A stretch of DNA of 64,000 nucleotides from Phoronis australis. Its lineage: Eukaryota; Animalia; Phoronida. Shown here piece by piece: positions 25,601 to 40,600 of this stretch (its first letter is position 1; every line of letters starts with the position of its first letter). Under the pieces are notes generated by a model that saw nothing but the letters and a program-made list of their open reading frames with translations, made no database searches and was not told where the DNA came from. The position numbers and the translations under genes were made by a program. The stretch lies in assembly GCA_002633005.1 (NCBI GenBank), contig NMRA01000364.1:393853-457852 (forward strand), written 5' to 3'.

Positions 25601-28600
25601 TACTTTGATGGGTTTATTTTCACAATTCACTTTCACCATTGTCACTATTACAGTTATTCTTTGGGAGTTACGACGTGGGATTAGAGAAAATAAAATAAAA
25701 TAAAATAGAATAAATATAACACATCCCTACATTAGTGAGTAAACACAAGGAGACAAATAAGTCGAAGTAATTTAGTTAAATTCTTAAATTCTCCAAAGGA
25801 ATAATAGCGCTAAATTTTAATGAACAAATTTAAAGTAGCACTTACTTGGTTAGTTTACTATTATGATTGCACAGTTCTTTTACTCGCTCCAGGTTTCCAG
25901 ATTTTGCTGCTTCGTGGACATTGGGTCCACGCATAATTTTCAGCTCTTCATCTTCTTCCGCTTCTGATTGGTCGGTTCTGGAATCGATCTCTTGTTGCGC
26001 CTGAGCTTTCTTGGCAGCAGCTAACCCAGCCTAAAGTACACAGAAAGTGATGATGTAATCAAAAGAAGTTGATGAGGAAATTCACTTAATATGCATTGTC
26101 ATGGAGTTACATTTGCATATTGCATTAGTCATGTAATTACATTTGAGCAAAACAGCATGGCAAAAAATGTTTTTAATTGGATGGTGGACTTCTTATACAG
26201 GCAAAAAGTCAATCAAAGTTTATGAGGGAATATTTTCAACACATGAAATTTATTTCATAGATATCGCACACTAAAACCAATGAGGAATGCAAAAAAGCCA
26301 GAATGCTTGTCAAGTCTTGAAATCTTCTAAAGCTGAAGAAAGCTTTGTCATAATAGCAAGGAAATTAAGCAAAAAGTGCCCGTGTGTGAAGCATTTTGTG
26401 TTGGAAGCAGGGTTGCTAAGTGGGACATCTGCACTTGGTGTTCGTCAAAAGCTACAGAACCAAAAGTTCAAACAGATATAAGTTAACTTGTTTTATTCTC
26501 GAAGGTAAATGTCATGCTTTGTGCTCCAGGTAATATTTCATACCTGTACACAGCAATATTTGAAACCATAATCAAGTGATGACTGATTTAAAAACACAGA
26601 AATGTGAATGAACAAGGGTCAAAATATGTTTATACTTTACTTTAACTATATACTATGAGCACACTAACTGATAATCAGAGTGTCCGTAATTTCCACTAAA
26701 ATATAAACTGGCAGGCAACAAAAATCATAAATCATAAAATGATACAGAGCATCACACAGGCATTACACACTACCTCTTCATCCTCAAAGTGAACCTTTTT
26801 CTGAAATTTTCACCAAGACATAGACTTAAAAAGTATTGCCAAAAAAGTATCTATACTTCAGAAAGGCAGCACAGCGAATATCACACGGTGGGTAATTGGT
26901 ATCAGGGCAAAAGATTTTCATCATCTACACTTCAATAGTGACGCAAACAAAAATAGCATATTAAAGTTATCAGATGTGGCAAAAAATGACCAATCGTAAT
27001 CCTTAAACGCATTCACTAAGTCCCATGTTAGTGCAAAGTCAAGCTGTAGTTCAAACTTCAAACTGGAAAAAGTAAGTTCACATGCAATCGATGTACTCTA
27101 TTCAACTCGCGTTGTTATCATGCGTACATATGATTAACTGTCAAAGGCAAAGTAGTTCTCAACCATGGTGCTGCATTTGGCTTAACTCAAGTTCAAAGTC
27201 TCTGACTCATCACTTCATGTAACCAATACACGAAAATTGCTGGGTGCTTTTTAAATAAAACTTACCAGAAACCCAGACATGTAATCGTCCTTCTTTAGAC
27301 TGCCAGAGTCAGACAATTTGCCATCTCCCTCAGAATCTGACACAGCTGGTTTTTGTTCTTGTTCAGAATCCGACTTGCCCCTTTCATTTTCCGAGTCCGA
27401 AGTGGCGCGCAGGATACCCTTCTTTTTCTCTGGCACTTCAGGATTATCTATTATCGCTGTTTCTCCTTCAGTCTCTGAGTCGCTCGGTGCTGCCTCACTT
27501 TCACTAGCATCAGATTTCACAGAGAACTGTGGTTTGTCTGAGTCAAATTCTGATTTGTCATCTGACTTCTCATCTGATTGTTTATCTTCCCGCTCGCCTT
27601 TATTGTGCAAAAAACTGACATCTTTCTCAACAGGCTTACTATTGAAAAAGTCATCCTCATTTTTTGCTGACTCAGCCTCTGAAGCATTGTCTTTGACCTC
27701 AACCTCGTATTTTTTCTCAGGTTCATCAACACTTCGATGAGAAGTGCTCCGACTAGTACTCAAATCCGTATCCGTTTCTGTGTCGGTGACGGTATCCGAT
27801 TCCCGACTTTTGTCCTCGGTCACTGATTTTTTCTCGTCCGCACGGTAACTGTCATTACCCTGTAGGCTGGTGTTCACTGACTCGTTGCCTTGTGACCTAG
27901 CAGTGGATGGTGCTGACCGCGGTGTCATTGAAGCTGAAGTGGCAGTACTGGTGGTGCTACGAGCAGACGACATTGAAGTTGAGCTCCTGGGACTGTCGAG
28001 CTTATTGCCAGGCTTCGCCTCTTCACTTGCAGCGGGTGATGCACTCCGTGCGGTGCTACTGTCGCCATCTGTTAGGCAAAAAGAAAAGTTTCTAATTTAC
28101 CACAGCATTTACGATAACAATTAATACATATCTCTCTCAGTGTGCATATGTTAATCAGAGCATTATACACGATTTTAGAAAGGCGAGATTATAGAATGCT
28201 TCAGCAGGTTTTAGCTAAACTTCAAGATTCAAATACGAAACAATTTTTTAAAAAATTGTGTAAATGTATCCAACAACTAAGCCCACAAATAGGTATCTTG
28301 TATTATTTAATACGTTAGACTCAGGGAGAAGTCTTGCATAAAATTCTCCCATGTGACAAACTTCCAAGTCGTTTACAGAAATATACCAATTGAATGGAGA
28401 ATCAAGATTTCAATCTACACTTTATCTTATCAACCACTCATTACACATACCTGATGCGATATTCCTTTGTGTAACTGGCTTAAGTTCTCTCATAGTTATG
28501 CCTTCCCCTTCTCGAGCAGACAACCATTTGTCGCAAGGAAACTCGTAGCTTTGCCGCAAGATAGGGTCTCGAACAGTCACGCTTCCCAAAAACCAGCCGG

Positions 28601-31600
28601 ATCCTGAAAGCAATTGATGACTGATTGCCTCATATTCAACAGACGTAAAGATTACAGATAAGAGTAAAATACGTCGCTGCATACACAAATAGCCACAACC
28701 ATGCTGATAGTACTTTACATTTTACTATGTTTCAATCAGCATTGATGGCTCAATTAGATACATTTAGTAAACTCTGCGCATGTGTTCATTCAAAGAAACA
28801 AAACTCATCCCACGCCATTAACAGCCACGTTGCATCAGATGGGCACACTGAGTAAACATTCGGGTCTGCCCCTGTAACATCATGTAATTGCACATTAAAT
28901 TAAAGGGACATCATTAGTGAGAAAAGTCGTTTTTTGAGACAAGTCATAACATGGAATAAAGCTTACAATATCAGCGGCGAGTGCTACACCCCAGGATGCA
29001 TGGCAGGTTAATTTTGTTTTTAATCGGTGAAAGTCGCCAGCCTCAATTTCAGCAAAATGACTGGCAGAAAATGGCAAATATTGGCAGTTTATAATGAAAT
29101 CAGAAAACTCTGACTACAGATTTTGTAGTTTCGTTGCTCTGGCCAAAGTTAATGACTAAAAAATGAAGTTTATCTCATCCAACTCAAAAAAGCATTTTTC
29201 AGTCACAGTACAAGCCTCTTAGGGACCGTTCACTAATCGCTGTATGCACGAGTGTACAAAACACCCACTTAATGCGATGCCCCTCCAGATAGAAAAAAGC
29301 ATACATTAAAAAGCAATCCAAAAGCCCCTCCCACACATTAAAGCAAATAATTTTTGTAAAAAAAAATGTTTTCATAGAATGAGAAATTAAGGACTTCAGT
29401 TATATATCCAGTCAGATTTCGAAGCAGCCATGACAGATGAAATTTAAAAAATAACACAAGCCACAACACTCACCTATCTCTGTTCTGTGGTGGCCTATTT
29501 TGATTTTGTCCAGCTTCCCAAGATGATAGAACGTAACCATGAAGGTGTCCTTTTGTCCTTTCTGGAATTTGACTTTGTGATTCTTTGATGTGAGCAGCGG
29601 GAGTTCTGGAGAGCGGCCTCGTTCACCATACAGGATAAGGAAGATGTCTGCTTTGGTACTGGCACCAATACGCGTCCCTGTGCGAACTATGACCTTATAG
29701 GTCACCTCTTGACCGTCAGCCACAACTGTCTCCGACTGAAAAGGGAAAAATCGACCACGTCATGCACAATGGAGTTGCACCCCTGTGAATATTTTTATTG
29801 GATAAATAAATTATTCAGGGTCCATATCGTGCAGATGCAAAATATTGTCAATACTTGATCAGGAGATAGCTGCTATAATTGTTGAAACTTAAAGCGGTAT
29901 TTCATTGTTGTTTAACTGTCAATGTAGCATTCTTAACCAAAGTGCTTTGGGGTTTAAAAACATTATCACACTCATCGGATCTTCAGTTGTTGCTGAATGG
30001 GCCATCAACTAAAGTCACAGGCAATTAAAATGCATTCATGCCCATTTCTGAATTTTAGGGTTGACCGCCCATCAATCTTTTTTTGAGTCGCTGATGGTTT
30101 CGATATTCTAATTAATCACAGAAGTAAGACTCCTATCACAGTAACGTATATTACAAGGCTAATTTTATGAGTGGCGAAAAACCTAGTCCAATTTTTATTT
30201 TTTAGCCAGCTAAACAAGACAAAGTTCAACTTTATAGCTACTAATATCCACAGGTTCAGAGTCACTGGGATCAAACAAAACCTTACATGGTCATATTGTA
30301 GCAGCAGCTCCCTGCCTGTCTGACACCCCGTGTCCTCAACCAATGGGATATCCTCATCGGTCATCAATTCTTGGTCACCAGCCTCATCACCTACACCAAG
30401 AGATTATCATTAGGACATTTAAGCAGCCAAAAGGTTAAGACACATTGTGTGAGAAGCTCGGAATTCACTATGTTGCAATAGACAAAATTTGTTGGACAAA
30501 CAAACAACAATGTTCATGATTAATAATCTTCATCTCATCAGTATTTGCTCAAGCTCTCTGTATCTTTTTCAGTAATTCGCAGCACGTCAATAAAGCAGAC
30601 GGCATAAGAAAGCTAATGATTAAAATGACAGCTGCTATAAATCGAGACTGTTCTTGTCTCATCCTCTGGCAAAAATAAAATGACACAGGGTTACTAATCA
30701 TGAAAAATCGTTGCGTGTTCAACAAATTTTTTCTATGGGAAGGGATGCTGCCAAATTATTGCAACAGCGCAATAATCAAGTCAAGAAGAATAATTCCATG
30801 GATTCTGGTGGCAGGGATCTTGAACGCTGTCATCAAGGTGAAAGGGTTTCTGCTCAGAAAATAAGACCAAAGAGCACAGTTGATTCCCGGCCGATTCCCT
30901 GGTTCTAGTCTCAAACCAGCTTCAGTGGTGGAGTGATGTGATATTGTTGAGAGAGGGTGACCAAAAGAAGTATGGTTTCAAAATAAGTTGAGACACAGAC
31001 CAGAACCAGCTATGCTTTCTTTAAACTAATAACAAGAGGTTGTTTCTCCATTAACACAACCTAAAGAATATTGTATAACATAGCATAACAGGCAAGCTAT
31101 GCTACTATTGACATCACATTCAACATTGCAAAGAATTACGATACGACCCCAGTTTTAGCTTGAAATAGGAGTTGGGTTAAACTGAGATTCTTCACAATAA
31201 TTTCTTGATACACTCTCAAAGACGACACTGTCATTTTTTGACAAATCAAAGGGAGATCATAAAGTTTGAATTTAGACAGCCATTGTGAATTGAATAACAC
31301 AATGTTTAAAAAGACACCAGTAGACTATAGCCACAGCATTACCCATGCTATGAATGGTCCAAATGAATTTCATATTTTCATTACTAGCTGCAAAGCGGCA
31401 GGATTCAATGATGACATAGGACCAGTACTAGTCCCAATTAACTTTTATGCATCATACATAATCGAAAAGGTGAAATTATAAATGGAAAATGGGAACTAAT
31501 TCCTGTCCAACTTGCCTGAAGAGAGATCTACATCCTGCCTAGGGATCCACTTGCGTCTGGTTGTCTGTGACCTGGGGGGTTTTGACGACCATGGCCGCAC

Positions 31601-34600
31601 GTTGGCACGCTTTTCGTTGCCACCAGTCTCATTGTCACTAGCATCACTGAAATCATTGAAGTTTTTGGGCTGGTCCAGTCTTGGCTCTGGCATTGCCCTG
31701 GGGGTCCCTAAGTCAACGTCGTCACCCACATAGTAGTCACGTGGCGATGGGTCAGCCGACACCCCGTTCATGCTGGGGGTGCCTACTCCGTTCATCCCGG
31801 GGGTGCCTGCCCCGTTCATCCCTGGGGTACCTGCCCCACTCATGCTTGGGGTGCCTACATCGCGATTGTGATCAACACTCATAGGGGGAGTGCAAACTAA
31901 AGGTCCATCACCATAACCCGAGCGAGCTTGGTAACCCGGATGTGGTCCAATACTGGACGCTGCTCCTACACTAGATGGCGCTTTGCTTCCACGAACGCTA
32001 GGCGCTTTGACACTTCCTGGACCCTTAGTAGAATGGGCAGCACTTCTAGGTGTATTATTTTGTGACACACTTCGAGGGGAGTTGCCCTGAGCCAGACTGC
32101 GAGGAGTCGGCGATTCATCGCTCTTCATGGATCGAACGCCAGGAGTGGGCGTTCCGTGTGGTCTGACCCAGTTGTTGTGCAGTTTGCGCTCCTCACTTGA
32201 GTCAACTTTTTGCATCTGTTCCCTGAAATTATTAGGCAAAACACATATGTAACAACAGGAGTCTAAGAGTGAAATACTAAATTGTAGATAAGTCTCTCAA
32301 GACAAAATGAAATCAAACATAAATTTTCAAAGCACAAATACACATGGCTTGGTCCAAGAGGCACTGTCAGTGGAAGGGTTGGCACTGGACTTGGTTATAG
32401 CATTTAAAACTGATAAAAAAATGAAAACAACGTTGTAAAATTTTTAAATGTATCAACCTTACATAGTTACTTGTCTGACAGTCTTACGATATATTTTCTA
32501 TCATACAAATCCTCACCAAATCTGCAACATAATCACTTATTACAGATTACGCTTGAGTGTTATCAGCAATTATATTCAGTCAAATATCTACAAAGTCCTA
32601 GGATTAATTCGGCCGGAAGAAAGTAAACATTTTTCAAAAGCAGAAAGCCTCCAGAACTTGAATTTTGACTTCACAGAATGTGCCATTAATTTGGTCATGT
32701 GGCCATGTCTTTTTAGTAAAGTTTAACGAAAAAAAGATGCATTATATAGAAACATCAGCATCAATAAAATGACCAAATTTTGTTTCATAAAAATGTTCAA
32801 GATGAAATTTCAAAAATGCTATAACATTTCAAAAAATCTTCATTTCGTTTTAGCTTCATGTAGGTTTAGATTTTTTGCATAAAAGTAATGGAAATCCTAA
32901 TTTTTGAGGTCCCTCATGCAAAATTGGAAATTTTTAAAAAAATAGACTAACAGCATTTTGGAAAACATTGCATAAAGCCCAGTATCCGAAAGTTTCATAT
33001 GAATCTAATCGGTTATTTCTGAGAAGCCATGTTTCAATCTTAGCCAAATTGTGGGATGCTACAAAATCTTAAAGTACAACCCAGCAAGTTGAAATATAGT
33101 CCACCGTTAACTTTCACAGCGTGCAAGCACTCGTGCTCACGTACCTTAGCCAATGAGGTATGTTTGCTTGATCTTGTTCTGGGGCCACATTTCTCGGTGA
33201 GCTGCCATTCTGTTTGTGCTCATCAGCCGAGTTGTCGTTGGATACATAAGCACTGTCGTCACGGCGCTGAGCTAAGTAAGTGTCATCAAACGACTGAAAT
33301 TGTGAAAGACCACGTCACACTCTTCTGGTGGCACGTGACAATTTCGGTTTCTGCTTCATATTAATAATCCACTTTCCACGTTATAATTATGCTTTTGAAA
33401 TTTTTGATTGTCGAAACACAGCATCTGAACTCACAGAAATCTACATTTTACTTATTGAAAAGAGATACCAGACCAACAAATGAGACTGAATTATTTTATT
33501 CAACATGAAAAGTTGCAGCCAAAGAAACAATTTCTTGTCATGATCTTTGCATTAACTGTTCATTCACTTCATATCTAGCCTGATCGTCTCTTCTTGTGGA
33601 ATTCCTACTATCTTTTCACTTAAACCTACTTTCTGCTCATTTTTAAAACCTTAAAAGGTCCAATGTATCCCATTTGGTAATTTTGATATCAAAACAATAA
33701 CTTTGGAATTAAGATGAATATTTACTAATATAAAATGGATTTCTAGGAAAAATAATGAATTATTGTTGGAGACTGAAGAAAAGGGGTTAAAATTAACCGG
33801 TTGGTCATAATATGTTGAAAGGAATATGTCTGCCAATGGTTGGTCATAATGTGTTGAAAGGAATATGGCTGTCAATAGTTGATCATAATGTATTGAAAGG
33901 AATATGGTTGTCAATGGTTGGTCAAATTGTGTTGAAAGGAATATGGCTGTCAGTGATACCACAACTGCACACTAGATGGAATCACTATATACTGGTCAGG
34001 GACAATTTAAGTTTTATACCAAACAAAAAGAATGCTTGGCATGCTCTCAAAACAAAAATAGTTCAGAAGGTATGAGTAAAAACTCTTATTTCAACTCTAT
34101 AAGAATATAGAGTAAATATATGAAATATCATAAGATGAACATATATATGCAACAGGGGATCAAGCCACAATTATGTGAACAAAGACAATGAAAAGGACAA
34201 GCTGTTAGTACTGAGTCATAAAAACATGTGATTGGGGTAGACCAAGACATTAAGGTTGTTGTAAGGACAAATTTTAAGAGTTTGAAATTAAAGCAACTTA
34301 AGGCCAACACTTTTTAAATTGTGCATGAACGTGCAAGAAATGAGCGGTTACTAGTAAACTGAGTGTTTTTTCAGATGCTTACTCCATACTCAGTGTCCGA
34401 GTACAAACTGACGATTTAGGACAACTGAGCTAGAAAAGCCTTTCGCAAAACTCTGCGTGGCAAATGACATCTGCACCACAATCACATGTTATTTTCTTGA
34501 CCTTGCAGCTGTTAGTACTAAGGGACATGACAGGGGCATTTCTATTACTTACATCCTTTGGGGGCAATTCTGCGGATATCATCTAGAATTGTAGTGAATA

Positions 34601-37600
34601 TCATAAGATAACCAGAAGATGTTGTGGAAAAAGGTTTTGAAATTACGAAACTAGGAAGACAGTATAGGAGAATATATCTGCAAAAAGGATGTCCTCGAGG
34701 TACATCCTGCCAGAAGTAGGAATTTCTTCAAATCATAATAAAGGGAATTGTGCTACAAAACTGGTAACTAGACGAAGCACCAAATGTGATACTCCTATAT
34801 ATGACAGGGATAATTTTAGGAGCATGACCCTGCATCATTGATGCATAGTTGGTACATAATGATTGCAAAACTCAGGCCAAAGCGTGCATTATAACTGTCG
34901 CAACTTCACCTGATTTTGTTTCGAACGATACGCATTGTATTCAGAATACAATGCAGAGCAGGCGACCAAAACAACAATTTTGCGAAGACCAAAACATTAC
35001 CGTAGAGGCAATCTCTGACCACTGACACAGTTTGAAGAAGTTTGCGATTAGTTTTCTATTCACTTTCTTACCTTCTGCTTAATTGGAACTCTTCTGCCAT
35101 GGAGATCATAAGTGTAACGTGATCCTCTACGTCTGCCCATGGGCCCATTAGCACTGACTGGTCGGTGAGGTGGATAGGTCTCTACTTCGGCGAATTGTTC
35201 TTCATCGTTAGTAACTTCAGGAAGTTTATCAGCCTGGATAAAACAATTCAGTGTAAGAGCAGATGGCAAAGAACTCAGCTGAAACTACGGCAGACAAGCA
35301 ACCAATGCAGGGAGCTGAAAGACTATTATTTGGTCATCCTACAGAAGCCACAACTAGCAAATGGTCACACCAGTGCTCGAAAACTCGAAAATGTTGACTC
35401 GAAAATACAAGTAACAGCATCCTAGGATTGGCTGAACTCTTCAAAGCATGGTTTAGTATCCATTTAATATTTAGCTGGCAGTCTTAACATACGTTGACTG
35501 CCACATTCTATTAGCCAAAAGAACAAGACAAAAACATACAATCACATAAAATGAGAGTGTTAAAACATACATCAAACAGAATATGCTAAATTCTATCACA
35601 TTTAAAATAATTAAATCTTACTTGAGCAAAAATGCAGAGTATCTTTGAATACACATAACTTTTAGTTACGTCTATAAACTACTTCTAAGCTGTGATGCGC
35701 TCACAATTATTTGGCTTAACTTTTATTCCGCAATTGAGAAGTTGGAGCCTGAGACCGAATTTCTGTCTCAAGTCTCAAGTCACCTTCCTAAAATGTAAAA
35801 TGAACCCCAGAAGAAGTTAGTGTGAAATAAGTTGCATTTCGCAAGCAGAAACGAGTCTTACTCTGAATCGTGTCTGTGGGGCTGAGGTAATCTTTCTGTT
35901 CATTCCTTCCTTTTTATTGGGCATGTCAACATCAAGGGCTTCCTGCAAAACAGATTGTTAATTAAAATCAGTCATTTTAGTGTCTGGTCAAACAGTTAAA
36001 AAATAGCAGCTTACCCAGGTGGGTCATTGTTAATTGATTTTTAAGTGTAGGCTACGTAATTAACGGAATAAGTCCTCTTCAACATTGTAACTACTTACCG
36101 TAGCACACAATAATTTGGTGGCCACGTTGACCAGTCGATGGGCCTCGTCTTTGGATATGTTGTGAGGGGGCCGGGACCGAAGTAGTGGGTACCCACCTTT
36201 GAACGCCCTGAAATAAAACACACTCAGGGTATTAGAGTTATTTCATTACCATAAAATGAACAAAATAATTGCAGTAATATTTGTTGTTATATTTTTCAAA
36301 GGTTTCTAACGTCTTTAAGAATGATCATAATTTCTCAGAATCATTTTCTGATGATAGCTTTGGCATTGATCTTTAAAAATGACATAACATTTAATTGGCA
36401 TTCAACTTATCTTTCATGAAAAAATGAAAAATTAAAATTTTACTTATCGGTCATATAATTATTGTGTACAAAATGGGCGCTATAATCATCATAAACATAA
36501 ATCATATAATGCATAAACATCATCTTCAATAAAACAGGAAGATGTCACAGTTATTAAAGTTCAATAAAACTGAAAAACAGACGCTTTAGAAATTTTAGTA
36601 CATAAAACAGCCAAAAACAGACTTAGTTTGCCAAATAATACCTTAGTAAAAACAACACAAAATTCAAAGTAATGCAGGCAAGAATGAAAAAAATAATGTG
36701 CCTGTCACAGTTTTAAATCTGAAGTTAACAGGAGCTTAAGTCGCTGGAATCAACGTTTTATTTCTGTAATGCTATGTAATAGTCAAAGTGCATTTTATAC
36801 GATTTTTATCAAAAATGCATATGAGAAGTTAACAATTGCTAAAACATGCTTCCTCGCTTTACAGTAACAATCCAGTAGCTGGACTCACAAACAAAAAACA
36901 CCAATCAGCAATGAGTCTTCAGACGTGTTTAAAGATTACAGCCGTCAGATTTGTCCAGCTGTACTTAAGAGCTAGCCACATGTTGGATCTGCAGGCCACA
37001 GTGTTTCCTGAGCCCAGGATCATATTAGAACGTAAGAAAACCATTTCCCTACCTTGTATATCTGCATAGGTTGCCAAGTTCCAGTAATTTTATTAGTATC
37101 CCTGAACAACCACTTGGACTAATCCTAGCAACACTTCCTAGTTCGTTATAAGTGCCAAGCACATTGACGATATCTATATTAACTTATAAGTTCCCTGATT
37201 TAATGCTTGAGATGGCCTACGAATGAGCGTTCACAAACTAAAGCAAAAAATGCTAACATTTTGAGTAACTGAATGTCATTTAAAAATGTACAAAAATGCT
37301 TCATTGTGTTTCACAAAAACAAAAATGCTCGCTTCCACCCAGTGTAGTTCAGTTGTCACCCCTTTAGAAATCAAGTACTTGAGAGTTGCAGTTCATTTCT
37401 GACAAACTTTTTCACACCCTAAGAGTTTCGGAGAGATATAACATGTTTTAGATATAAACCATCACCTTTTACTTTTCTTCATGGGTACACCGAAGCCAGA
37501 CATTTCTCGCTTCAACCTTGACCCCATTCTTGGCGTGTTCTCATAGCACGCCTCAGGCAGGAATGGATGCTGAAAACAATTGAGAAAAATAAACAACGTG

Positions 37601-40600
37601 ACACATGAAATAATCACACAAAGTCACACAGCAATTTTAACAGCATACGCTCAACTTTCTGTTTTTATTCGATAAAACAAATGCTATTCAAAAGACCAAA
37701 AAATAACAAGTAAGCATTGTGCACAATTTTGAAGAATTGCTTCAAACTTTTTAAAGTAAAATAACAAAAATAGTACATTTACATTATTAGGATTTCTTAA
37801 AAATCCTTTAAAATTGTCACACACAAACCGCAGGCTATAAAATCCCAATAAACTGAACTTTAATTTTTTTCCAACCAACCAAGGTAAATCCAGTACCTAG
37901 CAAAGCGCAGACGTAAATTGCATAGCTAACTTGAGTGTTCCCATCAGCTTCAGTAGATAACACACATTGGAGTTATCAATAGGAGACACAGTCACCATCA
38001 AAGTTATCGTAAGGTGGCGCAATATGACCTTCACCATTGTCACAGCAGTGACACCTGCCGATAACTTTGGTGAACACTGAAGTTGAGCGTTCCCACTGTA
38101 GGGAAGTGTCAACGTTTTGCTGTTAATTTAAACTGTTTATTGTGAAGTAAAGTTGAGATGTTAACTTCCATCCAAGACCAAATTTAAGCAATCCCACTGA
38201 CCAATGCTCTCCAAAACACCGAAGTGTGTGAAAGGTGACCAAACAAAAATTGCGCATAAGCCACAAGCAGAGGTCAGTCCTGTGTTCCTGTCGTATAAAA
38301 AACCGGCAACTTCGAAGACGTGACAAGACAAAAAACAAAATCCATGCAGGCACAACAATTGGATATCAAGTTCTTCACAATTTCACATGACAAAGGAGTA
38401 AACCAACATGAAGCATGATAATTCGAGTCAACTTGACACAGAATGCATCGACGCAGTCACTCTGTCGGCAAGCACTGTAAAACCTCACCAATTTCGGACA
38501 AGAATGATTGTCAAAATTACCCTTCTCTTTTATTTTTCAAGATCCAAAGCTTTTCAAAATATTTTTGATGATAGCTACATATGGTAAAGTATTAATTAAA
38601 TGCTACATATCTTTTACCAATTAATGAGAAAACAAAAGTTCATTTTAGTTCCAATTCAATGCAAGTGAAATTTATGTGTGATGATTTTGTTGTTTCAACC
38701 GTGATGACGTCTAAATGCAAACGGGTGTCAAGACAAAGCAATCATCTCAACAAATTTGCACAACCCCACCATTGTATTACAAGGCATGCGTAAATTTATT
38801 TCAGATTGAACCCCAAGCTCTCTCTGGTCTGACAGTAGTTCTGAAAAATCTAAATAAGGAAGATGCATAGATCACCGAGCAACACTGCCCCTTTTCTTAG
38901 TGTCAACCATGACATATACAGACAATTGTGAAGCGAAAAAGCCAAGTTGGTTCTGGTCTTTACACTGAGACCTGCACTGCCCGTATGTACTTCAGTCAGG
39001 GTTTCATATTTTTTGAAAAGCTACACACAGGAACATTTACCAAAGGTTTGAAATGCCGGAATTTACAAAGAATCAAGTAAAAAACAAACCAATCACCATT
39101 TTTGCTTGTCTCGGTGTATTGTCATTTTTTTGAAAGAGACAACAACTAAAAAAATATCGCACCAGTGACTCTACTTTAAAAAAAAATAAGATCAGAACCA
39201 ACAATGCTTTTTGGTACAAAATAATGGCATGCTCTGTACACTTGCAACAGACTTCTAATAAATACACTCTGAAGAAACAAAATCAATGTAACAAACTTTG
39301 CAGAGACCAATCAACATATTCAATAGTGCATTGAGGGGGTGCTTAGAAGCTAAGCTGAGTGTTGTTGTGAATTCAGCCCACACACAGGTAAATAATATTT
39401 CCCAGAGTACATCAGGGATGGGGCGTTTACCTTCGACTTGTCTCCTTTGCCAGACTGACAATACATCAATTTAAGTAAGAATTATGTTTAGGGACAAAAC
39501 CAATATCTTATGACAACAATTTTAGATCACATAAGCAGAAAGACGTCCTTTGTTTAGCTTAGTAACAAGGTTTGCATACACTAGTGTTGAAAACCGGTTT
39601 TAACCATGCTGCATGCTCGAATGAACACCGAAGAGGAAATTGAAACAAACACAGAGCTTTATAATTTCAATTGAACTAAACCAACTTGTTGGCTGTTAAA
39701 GCCAATCACTTTTACAATTCAGCTCTTATTTATAATCATAACTGGCCATCTAAGAACCAGATGTTTAAACAGATTGAACTCATCAAAGTCAACACTATTT
39801 TCTAGTAACTACATTTAAACTGCAATTTAGTACTATTTTTCAATTAAAAAGTGACAATTGCTTATCGGAATTGATAAATTGTGTTTCACTTCATTGCTTA
39901 TAGTACAAGCAGATGAATACCCAGGGGGCGGGGAACACTTGGAATGTTTACATTACAAGATGGATACGAATGTAAACCCATCAGCAAGAAGATTTACATC
40001 TGGTGCTTATAACAAATTTTGTTTGGAAATAACGGTAATTCTCCACTTTTTTGCACAAAAATAGCTGCCAAAATTGCTGGTCTGTTCAATTTTCAAGGGC
40101 TGATTATTATGCTGGAACTAATGTAAATTTTACCAAATGTTTTAAAAGAAATTTACCCAATAGACTTTAATTTTCTTCAACATTATTTTTGTGGAGAAAT
40201 TCAACAAAATAGTCGATTACATTGGGTGCTAACCTGGTGAAGAACTAGCATAAAATATTAACAGCTTTGTATCCCTAATGAGCAGCGATTAACGAGAGTA
40301 AGACAGGGGCGGTTTTGCTGATCTTGTCACCATGACGACGAGAGATAATACTGAGCAAAGGACAGGTAAAGTACAAACACAGAGCTCAAACTGAAGATGA
40401 ATCATGAACAATTTGGCTCCTCAATGAGACAGGTGTACAGACACTGAACAAAAGGAAAATGAGTCACTCTCACTGCATAAACTCATCCAGCTAGGCCTGT
40501 GGTAATAATGTTTGTTTAGAGGTTGTGACAAATCCCTCGCCTGACTACATTCAAAACAATTGTTGCAAAGAGAGTTGATGAGATGGAATGGCTTCTTTTA

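Noticed and set aside
27318-28124. Plus-strand Ser-rich ORFs (also 13277-13750, 14707-15054, 31512-31884, 54279-54572, 61408-61689)
   Set aside because: Antisense shadows of minus-strand exons.
33799-33954. 39-bp repeats resembling a CRISPR array; ORFs 33651-33962 and 33812-34075
   Set aside because: Units are contiguous with no unique spacers, there are no cas genes and the context is a eukaryotic intron. The ORFs only reflect the repeat.
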